Positions 26,148 through 35,066 of a DNA stretch of 40,480 nt are shown here, piece after piece. Made by a program: the position numbers and the translations under genes. Below the pieces are notes generated by a model. The model had not been told where the DNA came from. It did no database searches and saw only the letters and a list, made by a program, of their open reading frames with translations. The first letter of the stretch is position 1. The number at the start of each line of letters is the position of its first letter. This DNA is from a virus (lineage: Duplodnaviria; Caudoviricetes): positions 1-40,480 of IMG/VR virus record IMGVR_UViG_3300048561_000014; one strand, written 5' to 3'.

Positions 26148-27386
26148 TTAAATTTTAATTCCAAACTTTCTTACCTCGTTTTTATATTCTTCAATCGTCA
26201 ACGCACCATCAACCATTGCCTTTGACATTGCATTAAATACCTGAGTCATTGCCTCACCGCGTGACTTCAAATCCTCCTGGAAGATCGGCAAGTGCATATA
26301 ATCCATTATCAATTTTGTTTTCGCACCCTTACGATATTTATTATTGATACCACTGATCCACTCATTAGCGTCTGGTATAACTGTGTCAACGTATGCCCCC
26401 TTGCGTGCTTGCTTCTGATTCTCATAAGTACTACCAGCAGTGCGCACAAATAATTCTGATGGCATACCATACGCGTCAAGTATCTTATTGAAGTCTGCTT
26501 CAGTCTCTTGAAACAACCCCATCTTATCAGGGCTGATTGCCATTTGTTGCCAGCGAAGATCAGCACTGGTAATAATCAATTGACGTTGACCATCCAATCC
26601 ACCATACTCACGTGAGTATTCTTCCTGCACGCGCTCACGTTCACCGGGCTCAAGTGGTATTGCTCCAATCTTATCGCTCGTTGCGTTACTGAGTATACCA
26701 AGCGCGCCACGATTCTTAAGCAACACTCCTCTGGTCTCATAAGCCATTTTCAAATTGTTGAGCGCAGGTGTTAACGCTTTGAGTTTTGATTCACCAGTCA
26801 AGTTAGTATTGTTATGATCGTAAACATTATCCATGTCGGCACGATCATCATTGAAGTGGAGGATGTTTGCGTTTGGTATTTTCTTTAACTGTCCACGATA
26901 TGCTAATTCATAGTAAAAAGATTCAGGTACTTCCACTTCAAAGAAGTATGGCTTGTCCTGATCATACTTTGGCTTGATCCAATTTGAAGGGATGGTATAG
27001 ATAGCGGATTTTTTCGCAAGCTCCATATCCATACCAAATGGAAGTAACTCGTATATGTATTCATTACCAAAAATACTCCGGAAAATTTTTGTCTGGCGCA
27101 AAAACTCCTGCCCGTTCTGCATCCAGTTTGGGTTGCGTAACTTCTGCACGAGTGGTGAATCAATCTCTGTACCATTATCATCCACTTCCTTTACTACACC
27201 ATTACCAAACATACGCGCACTGGTAGATATAACCGCATTGAGTTCAGGTAGCTCTAAGTATGCTTTGATATATGACAGCTCCTCCCACGCGTTGTACTTA
27301 GACGATATATAAAAATACTTACCACCTTCCTTCTTAACGCGAAAGAGGTTATTGAATGTTTGTACACCGTATTGCCAGATGGTCAT
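26148..27386 (-). CDS. Portal protein (HK97 type)
   Basis: LRNPNWMQNGQEF, FGNEYIY, NILHF, GESKLKAL, AYGMPSEL, STYENQKQA. Confidence 0.92.
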   Translation of the reverse strand: MTIWQYGVQTFNNLFRVKKEGGKYFYISSKYNAWEELSYIKAYLELPELNAVISTSARMFGNGVVKEVDDNGTEIDSPLVQKLRNPNWMQNGQEFLRQTKIFRSIFGNEYIYELLPFGMDMELAKKSAIYTIPSNWIKPKYDQDKPYFFEVEVPESFYYELAYRGQLKKIPNANILHFNDDRADMDNVYDHNNTNLTGESKLKALTPALNNLKMAYETRGVLLKNRGALGILSNATSDKIGAIPLEPGERERVQEEYSREYGGLDGQRQLIITSADLRWQQMAISPDKMGLFQETEADFNKILDAYGMPSELFVRTAGSTYENQKQARKGAYVDTVIPDANEWISGINNKYRKGAKTKLIMDYMHLPIFQEDLKSRGEAMTQVFNAMSKAMVDGALTIEEYKNEVRKFGIKI

Positions 27387-27673
27387 GATATTATTTTTAT
27401 TATGTCAAGAGATTTATAATTACGACCACTTATCTCACTTTCGCCCATTACTAATCTTGCAAGAGCTTCTTTACAATCTTCAGCAGTTTCAAAACCCATA
27501 CAAAAAACTAAATTTTCAGTCCCACGTATTTTATTAACTCTATCAATGATGGTACATAATACTGTGTGCTTTAAATTAAAAGGCTTAGTACATACAGCGT
27601 ACCTTTTATTTAAAGCCTTAACAGTATAAGGTCTTTTCTCATTTGCAAAATATATCTTGCTACCTTCTTTCAT
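27383..27673 (-). CDS. Hypothetical protein inserted between terL and portal
   Basis: AT-rich 96-aa ORF; EKRPYTVKA...YAVCTKPFNL...TIID. Confidence 0.7.
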   Translation of the reverse strand: MKEGSKIYFANEKRPYTVKALNKRYAVCTKPFNLKHTVLCTIIDRVNKIRGTENLVFCMGFETAEDCKEALARLVMGESEISGRNYKSLDIIKIIS

Positions 27674-27677
27674 TTAC

Positions 27678-28883
27678 CTAAGTAAAGTTTGACATAACTA
27701 AATACCTCGCAGCATCCCATGCATGATCTATACCAATGAAGTCTTGTTCCTGCTTTATTCCATTAATCACGCGATGCTTATAACTTGTTTGCTCTTTGCG
27801 CCACTCAGGACAATCAACAATATTGAGCCTATAATTTTTTAACAGTGATACACCATAAGCAACTGAGCCTGCTGGTTTGTTCACTCCATACACCTTGAAT
27901 CCCTTACGCCTTAAATAACTAATATGTCCAGCACTTGCACTATCACCCCAAATAATTTCATTACGCTTACCATGCGCGTCAATCATGTTTGCAATTTTAT
28001 CGGGCGCATCACAAGGCTCATAAAATAACTTTTTGAAGTATATGTCTTTGCCTATAATACAACCTTGTACGAGCACCGTTGGATCAACACTACCAAAGTC
28101 CATCGCATAAAATTGTTTCTCAACATTAGGGTACTCAATATCTTTAATCCAGTTGACATGTTGGAATACTAAACCTTCAGGTGCGCTGCGCAAACCAAGT
28201 CCATAAACATTCCACATGTAATCATCAGCAGTGCCGTTGATTATATTAGTAGGGTGTGGTCTGCGTTTAGAGGTAGGCAATTCACGATCGTTCGGATGGG
28301 TAGGCTCATAACCAAGTATCTTTCGCTTTTCCATCTCACTAACAAATGGATTGTCAAGGATAGTTGTTTTAATGAATCCAACATCGCTACGCTTACACAC
28401 CCTATCATATACCCAATGCTCTGTTACCTTTGGGTTATAATCTTGCCACCAGAATCTGCGGCACCGTTGTTCTGATTGATCAAATACTTGTTGTGATACA
28501 TCAAGCGACTCATTGATCCAAAAATAATCACATGATACACCATGATAAACAGTGTCGCTATCCGCACCGAGGAGGTTAATTTTATTCCCAAACAAATCAA
28601 AGCGGGCTACATCGGACCTATCAACGAATGGTGATGAGATACCAAACATAGGTAGCCTACGATTGAAGTCATCGTATAGCGTTGTCTTAAATGATTTGTA
28701 TGTTTCTTTGATGATATTAATCGTTGCATTGGTCTCTACTGAGCTACACAACCATATAATGAAGTCGATGTCTGCCCATGTCTTACCACTACGTGATGAA
28801 CCTTCCTGCACAACGCCAGACTTACCAGCATTGAACTGATCAACTAAATATTGGAGATTAGGGTTGATTACTATCTCGCTCAC
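27678..28883 (-). CDS. terL: Terminase large subunit (probable GTG start 28883; ORF open to 29009)
   Basis: Walker A QEGSSRSGKT, Walker B FWINE, DYNP, T..DNPF, nuclease MDFG, GDSA, DHAWDAARY. Confidence 0.95.
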   Translation of the reverse strand: MSEIVINPNLQYLVDQFNAGKSGVVQEGSSRSGKTWADIDFIIWLCSSVETNATINIIKETYKSFKTTLYDDFNRRLPMFGISSPFVDRSDVARFDLFGNKINLLGADSDTVYHGVSCDYFWINESLDVSQQVFDQSEQRCRRFWWQDYNPKVTEHWVYDRVCKRSDVGFIKTTILDNPFVSEMEKRKILGYEPTHPNDRELPTSKRRPHPTNIINGTADDYMWNVYGLGLRSAPEGLVFQHVNWIKDIEYPNVEKQFYAMDFGSVDPTVLVQGCIIGKDIYFKKLFYEPCDAPDKIANMIDAHGKRNEIIWGDSASAGHISYLRRKGFKVYGVNKPAGSVAYGVSLLKNYRLNIVDCPEWRKEQTSYKHRVINGIKQEQDFIGIDHAWDAARYLVMSNFT

Positions 28884-28985
28884 CAGCTTTTGAGTTTGTT
28901 GAACATCTTTACTATAAGTGCAACCAATAAGCAATAAAGAAAGACATAGAGCAAAAAATTTCCCATAACTTTTCATTTTAGGATA

Positions 28986-29298
28986 ACATCTATGTCTTTC
29001 ATTCTTCAATTAGTCCTCAGCTTTTGTAAAGTCTACATAATAAGACTTGCCCGGCTGTAATTGCTCAGCAGCATCTTTGTTGATAGTACTTAGTTGAATT
29101 TGACCGCCAGGTGTCCACTTATAAAAACTTTTGTTCTCCTCACTCCCATTAATAATGGGAGTTAATCGAACTGAAAAACTAGCGTCTGCTGTTTCCGTTT
29201 TTTCCACCACAGTAAATTTTGCGCGTACCATAATCATTGCTGTTCAGTTGGCCGCCTGTCCCCGCGTTTATTCATAATTGAAATACATCTATGTCTTT
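28986..29298. repeat. 14-bp direct repeat ACATCTATGTCTTT at 28986-28999 and 29285-29298
   Basis: Exact copies 299 bp apart, flanking the 75-aa ORF. Confidence 0.75.
29010..29237 (-). CDS. Small conserved-type phage protein (VRAKF...TPGG.I family)
   Basis: VRAKF, EENKSFYKWTPGGQIQL, PGKSYYVDFT. Confidence 0.8.
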   Translation of the reverse strand: MIMVRAKFTVVEKTETADASFSVRLTPIINGSEENKSFYKWTPGGQIQLSTINKDAAEQLQPGKSYYVDFTKAED

Positions 29299-29367
29299 AA
29301 AACAATATGCCCCGGCTTTTTTAACGAAGGGGCCGATGGGTGGGCTTTGTAATAGTGTTTGTGCCAT
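29272..29367 (-). CDS. Micro-ORF (31 aa)
   Basis: MAQTLLQSPPIGPFVKKAGAYCFKDIDVFQL*; part of a coupled chain. Confidence 0.4.
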   Translation of the reverse strand: MAQTLLQSPPIGPFVKKAGAYCFKDIDVFQL

Positions 29368-29369
29368 TG

Positions 29370-29426
29370 TTATTTTTTTGGCTTTTTCGGCTTAGGCATT
29401 GGCATACCTGGTTTCATTTTTCCCAT
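29370..29426 (-). CDS. Micro-ORF (18 aa), Met/Pro/Lys-rich
   Basis: MGKMKPGMPMPKPKKPKK*; A-rich leader. Confidence 0.45.
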   Translation of the reverse strand: MGKMKPGMPMPKPKKPKK

Positions 29427-29448
29427 TGTTTTTAATTTTATTAGTGAA

Positions 29449-29913
29449 TTATTTAAGTTTTACCTCGTCATTGGTTAACCACTTATGGTCTTTCATTTTC
29501 ATGCCGTCTTTCATGGTTATGTCTGAAATATTAGCAGGAAGCGAATAGCTTTTAATTGTAGCTGTGCCCCCCTTCATGCCATCCATGTGATTTATCAACA
29601 CTTCAGCTTCGCTACCTTCTTTAATCACTTTCTTTTTTGCCTCGGTAGCATCGTAGTCAATACTAAAAGTGTCCTTCAACTTCTTCTTTACATCTTTGAT
29701 TTTGTCTTGACAAAGCAACGAATGGTCAATTGCCCATGCCTTTAAGTCGTCATCATCGTAAATAGATTGAGCAGCTATTACTGTTTGCTCATAACATTGA
29801 ATAAGGTTTGCAAGTCTCTGCTTGCTGCTTTCTTTTGCCACTTTTTTATCGTTTTTAATGTTAAAATTTACTACTACTTCACAGCTACATTTTTTTGTAA
29901 ACACTGTTCTCAA
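29449..29913 (-). CDS. Protein with C-terminal DUF1541 (YdhK/CopL-like) domain; start uncertain
   Basis: KEGSEAEVLINHMDGMKGGTATI...MKDHKWLTNDEV matches the HM.GM.G..A.I...HKW...E pattern. Confidence 0.65.
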   Translation of the reverse strand: MRTVFTKKCSCEVVVNFNIKNDKKVAKESSKQRLANLIQCYEQTVIAAQSIYDDDDLKAWAIDHSLLCQDKIKDVKKKLKDTFSIDYDATEAKKKVIKEGSEAEVLINHMDGMKGGTATIKSYSLPANISDITMKDGMKMKDHKWLTNDEVKLK

Positions 29914-30062
29914 TTTAGATGATGAACAAATACTACAATACTAATCGTGTTAAAATAACTCTTCCGCAATCCCCATGTTTTACCAACAAACTTAAGCCGA
30001 TTCCTTTTTACGCGCTCGTATACATAGTAGATCATTGGTGTGTATGCGAACGTTTCTTCCAT
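29910..30062 (-). CDS. Small hypothetical protein (50 aa), not in ORF track
   Basis: MEETFAYTPMIYYVYERVKRNRLKFVGKTWGLRKSYFNTISIVVFVHHLN*; its stop overlaps the next TTG start. Confidence 0.45.
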   Translation of the reverse strand: MEETFAYTPMIYYVYERVKRNRLKFVGKTWGLRKSYFNTISIVVFVHHLN

Positions 30063-30085
30063 ACGTAAAAGTTTACTCAAGTAAA

Positions 30086-30496
30086 TTATTTTTTAGATTT
30101 CGCAAACGGCATTAACTTACTAACTTCTTCACGTGCCTCAAGTGCGCCTGACACTTCAACTGATTGCTTAGGCCTTCCATACATACGATCGAGTAGTGAA
30201 TTAGCTGCGTGCATATTCCCTCTCAACGCGCCTTTCTCCATAGCCTTAAGAATTTTTCCAACACTTGATTTTTTTATTTCTTCTGGTGAATCAATCTCAA
30301 TACCAAATACTGCTTCAAGTAAATTTTGCAACTTAACAATTTTCTTTGGCGCACCACTTCTGTTTATCCTTGGATCACCTTTAACGAATGGCTTAAGGCC
30401 TCTGTACTGATCTTTACGTATCGTACCATCTTTTTTTCTAATAACTTTTTTTTCGTGTTGAGTGTTTTTACCAACAACTTTTTTCTTCCTTGCCAT
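30086..30496 (-). CDS. terS: Terminase small subunit
   Basis: LKPFVKGDPRINRSGAPK, ALRGNMHAANSLLDRMYGRPKQSVEVSG; upstream of terL. Confidence 0.8.
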   Translation of the reverse strand: MARKKKVVGKNTQHEKKVIRKKDGTIRKDQYRGLKPFVKGDPRINRSGAPKKIVKLQNLLEAVFGIEIDSPEEIKKSSVGKILKAMEKGALRGNMHAANSLLDRMYGRPKQSVEVSGALEAREEVSKLMPFAKSKK

Positions 30497-30501
30497 TAAT
30501 T

Positions 30502-30533
30502 TTTACTTAGGTAAATAATTTTACTTGAGTATA
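30502..30533. promoter_or_regulatory. Tandem TTTAC-N4-GTA(A/T)A palindromes upstream of terS; further copies at 30072-30085 and 27673-27686
   Basis: TTTACTTAGGTAAA (30502), TTTACTTGAGTATA (30520), TTTACTCAAGTAAA (30072), TTTACCTAAGTAAA (27673). Confidence 0.5.
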
Positions 30534-30642
30534 GTTTCATAGCCATTCTGTTAGCATACATTTTTACTGAGCCGCGCCGACATCCCCATTCAACTAGTAG
30601 AATATACTCATTTTTCCTGACATATAAAACCCTTCAATTCCA

Positions 30643-30879
30643 TCGGTTACTCGGTTACAACTTTTCTTCTGTATTACTTTCTATACAACTACTCTTTTAT
30701 AAAATCTTATAGACTGTAACCCTGTAACCGATGTTACCGACTTAGTAATCAAGCAGTTAGCTATCACTCGGTTACAGAAAAAAACTGTAACCGACGGTAT
30801 CAGCTGACCGAATTTTTACCTTTTTTCTTACTTTTGATCGGTTACAACTTTTGCTTTTTAAGTTTTTGTAACCGATCAA
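30643..30879. repeat. Iteron/palindrome array (TCGGTTAC / GTAACCGA), putative replication origin
   Basis: About nine motif copies in both orientations; perfect inverted repeats 30768-30777/30785-30794 and 30834-30847/30866-30879; non-coding, next to the primase-helicase stop. Confidence 0.75.
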
Positions 30880-30886
30880 GGCCATT

Positions 30887-33301
30887 TTAGCCACCAGAAA
30901 TGTTAGGATTTATACCATTTATAATGCCTACATAAACCCCTCGTGATGGTACTCCAGCTATCTTATAAATCGACTCTTTAACGCCGTATAGTTCTAAGTC
31001 AGCAACAAAATGCTTACGTAGTTGTATCTTGCCGGGCGGATAGCCTTCAACATCCTCCAGCCAAACCTTGTATTCCCTGTACATCTCAGACAAATTAGTA
31101 AGTACAATTCTGTCAACACCCTTATTAGCGCGCCGTAATTTTTCATCAGCTGTCGTTTTGTTACTTAGATCAGTTGATGGCTTAAGTACAATGTACTTCT
31201 GATTAAACCAACGTACTGCATCGCGATTGTTTAAATGAAAGTCAAGCGTAGCCTTCTTCATCTCACCAGTAACTTTAATGCGCCCACCATTTTCAATTAG
31301 ATGCTTCATCCCTACATTCATAACATGATTGAAGATGCCGGCTAATTCGTTTTCATAGATAGCTGGTATCACTGTATTGTCTTTCTCTACCTGTACATCC
31401 ATGTTGATAGTAACAAAACGCCTCGCTACAGCAGCATTAAAAACTGAGTAGTTGTAAGGGTTCATTGCGAGCATTAAGCGCCCGTAATTTACTACAGGTC
31501 TTCGCGTAACGTGCATCTGCCAGCCAATAATAGGTTCTTGAGCGGCGACCTTTAAAAGCATTTCTAAGTGCTTGAATGGCTGCGAATCAAAATCATAAGC
31601 GAGTAGTTTATTCTCCATCTGCATGGCTTGAGTAGCCGCGTCTGGTTGGCCGGAAAAAAGCGTGCCTGCGGAAATTGCCGCACAATTATCTATACCTATA
31701 ACTCGTCTTGTTATATCTATCAATGAACTCTTACCAGTACTCGTCTCACCAGCTAGCATCATGATGATGTCGGCTTTATGCTTAGTCAGACAGCTCGCAA
31801 CGAATGCATAATAAGCCTCGTGCAATGCCTCATCAGGAATTTGCTTACTCATCCAATCATCAAAGCGTGGGCATGTTGCTTGCGGCTCGTAGCAGTAAGG
31901 TAGTATGGTGGTAAAGTAATAACCAGCTTCGTGATCTAACAGCTTACGCTTGCCAGTTTTTAAATTGATGTGTAATATACCATTCTCCATATTAACATAT
32001 ACACCGTCCTTAAGATTACCAGTGAGCGGCTCGATTGCATCACGATGAGTAACGAGTGCAATTTCTTCCAGCATCATCTTTAGGTATGGTATAGTGCGTA
32101 AGCGTTTTATAAAGCGTGGGTCTATTGTCGAACGATCTACAAAGCTGTTAATCATTTCCACCACTTCACGCGGCCCCCGCTTAACCCAATGCGTTTGCTC
32201 AAAGATGTAGAAACTACTTTTATCAATAGTGATAATCGGATTGTATTTTAGAAATTCACTTACGACCGTGTGGCTGTGCTCACCCATTGTCTCCTTCTTG
32301 AGTAACTCCAATTGAAACTCTTTTGTCTCAGATGGTGGATGTAGTTGTAACGTCTGAAGCGTTTTTAAGTCTGTTAGTCCAGCATCTTGGCATATCTTAA
32401 AGAACGTGCGGATGGTAATTTTTTCATCTCTTTTTCTTGTATCATCATCAACATAACGACTGTACACCTCTTCAATAGTATCGGCATTGTAGCTAGCTGA
32501 AAACTGCGATACACGATTAAACATGTCAAAGCCCTTAGTTCCAAACGCACTGGCAAATGCTTTACCAATCTTAAACCATTGCGGATTATCCCCAGTAATG
32601 TCAAGTCCTTGTTGTTCTAACTGCTTAACGTAGGCTTCTGTCTGCTCCCATACTTCTTTATCAATCTCTGGTGCTTTACGCGCTGATTTTTTGCGCTCAA
32701 CAATTTTTCCTCTATAAGGCTCAATAAAGCTAAGGAGCTTGTTATGCTCCTTAGGCTTCATTGCTTTCATCTTAAGTATCTCACCGTGAATCAAATTGTA
32801 CTTCTTAGAGTTAGACAAGTAACTCGCCATAAACCTCTTTGAGTAGTACAGCTCAATCCAGTTGTTTGAAACAGGTTTACCATCAACAATCTTTTTTATA
32901 CCTGTCCAGTCAGGATTATTTGGTAGGCGTTCTTCGTATAAGAAGTAAATATGGTAACCACTCGATTTGGTAGTTTCAACAACAACATAATCTCCTAACG
33001 CTTTGATAATAGTAGCAACCAGCTTTTCCACTTCAGCACGTTCAACGCTGTCTTTCTTTGTATCTAAATCAATGCAGCATAGATTGCCGTGGCCAAGATA
33101 GAAACCACAGTGTGAGCGGGCAAGTATCTTCGCGTTAAATGTATTTTTATATACAGCCAACGCAGGGTCTTGCATCTCGTTTACATAACCCCACTTTTTT
33201 GTCGCAAGGTTTTTCCAACCTATTGGGGCGTTAGTTGAGCGAGATGCTTGGAGTATTACAAACCCACGTTTGTGCAGTGCTTCAAACTCTTTCTCCCGCA
33301 T
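30887..33301 (-). CDS. Primase-polymerase (AEP) + PriCT-2 + D5-like SF3 helicase
   Basis: CIDLD, ETTKSSGYHIYF, WFKIGKAFASAFG...FNRVSQFSASY, YEPQATCPRF, Walker A GETSTGKSS. Confidence 0.9.
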   Translation of the reverse strand: MREKEFEALHKRGFVILQASRSTNAPIGWKNLATKKWGYVNEMQDPALAVYKNTFNAKILARSHCGFYLGHGNLCCIDLDTKKDSVERAEVEKLVATIIKALGDYVVVETTKSSGYHIYFLYEERLPNNPDWTGIKKIVDGKPVSNNWIELYYSKRFMASYLSNSKKYNLIHGEILKMKAMKPKEHNKLLSFIEPYRGKIVERKKSARKAPEIDKEVWEQTEAYVKQLEQQGLDITGDNPQWFKIGKAFASAFGTKGFDMFNRVSQFSASYNADTIEEVYSRYVDDDTRKRDEKITIRTFFKICQDAGLTDLKTLQTLQLHPPSETKEFQLELLKKETMGEHSHTVVSEFLKYNPIITIDKSSFYIFEQTHWVKRGPREVVEMINSFVDRSTIDPRFIKRLRTIPYLKMMLEEIALVTHRDAIEPLTGNLKDGVYVNMENGILHINLKTGKRKLLDHEAGYYFTTILPYCYEPQATCPRFDDWMSKQIPDEALHEAYYAFVASCLTKHKADIIMMLAGETSTGKSSLIDITRRVIGIDNCAAISAGTLFSGQPDAATQAMQMENKLLAYDFDSQPFKHLEMLLKVAAQEPIIGWQMHVTRRPVVNYGRLMLAMNPYNYSVFNAAVARRFVTINMDVQVEKDNTVIPAIYENELAGIFNHVMNVGMKHLIENGGRIKVTGEMKKATLDFHLNNRDAVRWFNQKYIVLKPSTDLSNKTTADEKLRRANKGVDRIVLTNLSEMYREYKVWLEDVEGYPPGKIQLRKHFVADLELYGVKESIYKIAGVPSRGVYVGIINGINPNISGG

Positions 33302-33554
33302 AAATAGATACTTTAGAATTTCCTATCCTAGCAAGTAACTCAAGTTGTGATGTGAGCGAAGCACCATGCTTATCATAGTATTCACCATCAGACTCAAGTT
33401 TGAAATTAGTTGTTATACCATTTGAAGTAACATGTAAAACCTTAGCTGATGAAGGTGCTACCTCTTTGAATTTTCTGAGTGATGCTAGCTGAGCGCGTTC
33501 ATTTTTCTTAAAGTACGCTTCACTAAAGTTGAATGGTTGTTTTTGCTTGTTCAT
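33282..33554 (-). CDS. Hypothetical protein
   Basis: 90-aa ORF in operon. Confidence 0.6.
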   Translation of the reverse strand: MNKQKQPFNFSEAYFKKNERAQLASLRKFKEVAPSSAKVLHVTSNGITTNFKLESDGEYYDKHGASLTSQLELLARIGNSKVSIYAGERV

Positions 33555-33575
33555 AAATATGGGGGTTTAAATAGT

Positions 33576-34208
33576 TTACTTTTTAATTGACTTGCGCACG
33601 TACCTCATCACCTTAAGTGATAAGTCAGTAACGTTGTCTGTCTTGAACTGCTTGTACACCGATTCGCATAGCTTAATATACTCTTCTGCTTCCGGTGGTG
33701 TAAATAGAAGTGTTATCCTTGCCGTTTCAATTTCCTTTGCTTCGTCTGCTATCTTACGAGCTGCCGTTGGGTTGATAACCTTCTCATTTTTTTCCATCTC
33801 GGCTAGCTTAGCAAGCGCGACCTGAGGCATATCAAAGCCCCATTTCTTGAAGAACGCGGCAGTGTCGCCAAGTTCTTCCTTGATTCTCAGCACATCAACC
33901 TCTCCAGCACGTGCCATGTCATACATAGCAGAGAACTCACTGAATTCTTTTGGCGTTAGCTTGCGGTTGGGTATAGACGCATCAATTTTTTTGATACCCA
34001 TTTCCTTTGCTTTCTCTACCCTTGTATTACCATCTATAAGAGTGTAGTCCGCATTGAGTATTACAGCACCGGCCAATCCATAACTATCAACAGAGGTTTT
34101 GAAGCGCGCTGTGCCGTCCTCTGTTTTTAATTTGAAGTTGTTTGGTGTTGGCTTAATCTTGGCGATGTCAATCTTTATGACTGACCATTGAATTTGTGGT
34201 TTTTTCAT
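33576..34208 (-). CDS. ParB/Srx-like N-terminal domain protein
   Basis: IKPTPNNFK...SVDSYGLAGAVILNADYTLIDGNTRVEKAKEMG. Confidence 0.8.
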   Translation of the reverse strand: MKKPQIQWSVIKIDIAKIKPTPNNFKLKTEDGTARFKTSVDSYGLAGAVILNADYTLIDGNTRVEKAKEMGIKKIDASIPNRKLTPKEFSEFSAMYDMARAGEVDVLRIKEELGDTAAFFKKWGFDMPQVALAKLAEMEKNEKVINPTAARKIADEAKEIETARITLLFTPPEAEEYIKLCESVYKQFKTDNVTDLSLKVMRYVRKSIKK

Positions 34209-35062
34209 AGTTGTAAGTTAATAGAGGGTTTTGGTTCTTTAAATTTTATTAGCTCAAGTCCGTATTCGTTTATGCCTTCAGGAATTTTAATTCCTTTTTT
34301 CAATATAGGTTCTTGCTTGAAGGACGAGTAATCAACCTCATGGTGCCATCTGTTGTATCTTCTTACCTTTTTAACAAGTTTTGGATGTTGCTTAATAAGG
34401 CTATCAACAAACTCTTCCCTTTCATCACCTGTATTGTATATAGTTGAAGTATTACCACCTTTCATTACAAGGGTGGCTATTTTACCGCATAAGAAAGAGT
34501 TAAAAAGTATAGTACACCACCCACCTTTTAATACTCTCAAGCTTAAATCAGTATCCTCATTATACTTACCTCTCCACTTTAAATTAATTCTATGGTTAAT
34601 AAGGATACAGGAATATATGCGTGTATTAAGTTGGAAGGGTGATTTCTTTTGTCTACTTGGTACAAAGTACCTATATTGAAAACCTGCCAATCCAATATTC
34701 TCATACCTATCAACAAATTCCTCAGCAATCTTAAAGACTGTACCAGTGTTAAATGGGTACTTTTGATTATGGTTGAGCCTGTAAAAATATTTAATATTGT
34801 CATCAAGTATCCAGTGCTTCTTAGCACCTGATTTAATAGCGTGCTCAAAAACAAAGTTGCGTACGGGTATAGAGCCCTGACCAAGATTGCTGAATGGTGT
34901 TACAAGTATTTTTTTGGAGTTTATTACTTTAGCATAATCAAGGTACTCTTGAGGCTCTACAACAATAGTATAAGGCACATTCATGTATTCAAGCGTGCGT
35001 GAGGTAAGTCTGGTATCAGCTCTACCTTTTGATATAATGTAAACAGGATATTTAGGATTCAT
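34205..35062 (-). CDS. TAGT/GREB1-like glycosyltransferase
   Basis: YPVYIISKGRA, IVVEPQEY..Y, PVRNFVFEHA, HWILDDNI, YSCILI, WRGKYNEDTDLSLRVLK, KGGNT; ATG 35062. Confidence 0.85.
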   Translation of the reverse strand: MNPKYPVYIISKGRADTRLTSRTLEYMNVPYTIVVEPQEYLDYAKVINSKKILVTPFSNLGQGSIPVRNFVFEHAIKSGAKKHWILDDNIKYFYRLNHNQKYPFNTGTVFKIAEEFVDRYENIGLAGFQYRYFVPSRQKKSPFQLNTRIYSCILINHRINLKWRGKYNEDTDLSLRVLKGGWCTILFNSFLCGKIATLVMKGGNTSTIYNTGDEREEFVDSLIKQHPKLVKKVRRYNRWHHEVDYSSFKQEPILKKGIKIPEGINEYGLELIKFKEPKPSINLQL

Positions 35063-35066
35063 ATTC

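Noticed and set aside
30643-30879. Repeat cluster as a mini-CRISPR array or transposon end
   Set aside because: Units are 8-14 bp, in both orientations, irregularly spaced, with no transposase
33576-34208. ParB as evidence for a plasmid-prophage partition system
   Set aside because: No ParA or HTH/parS-binding region seen; context is the glycosyltransferase cluster
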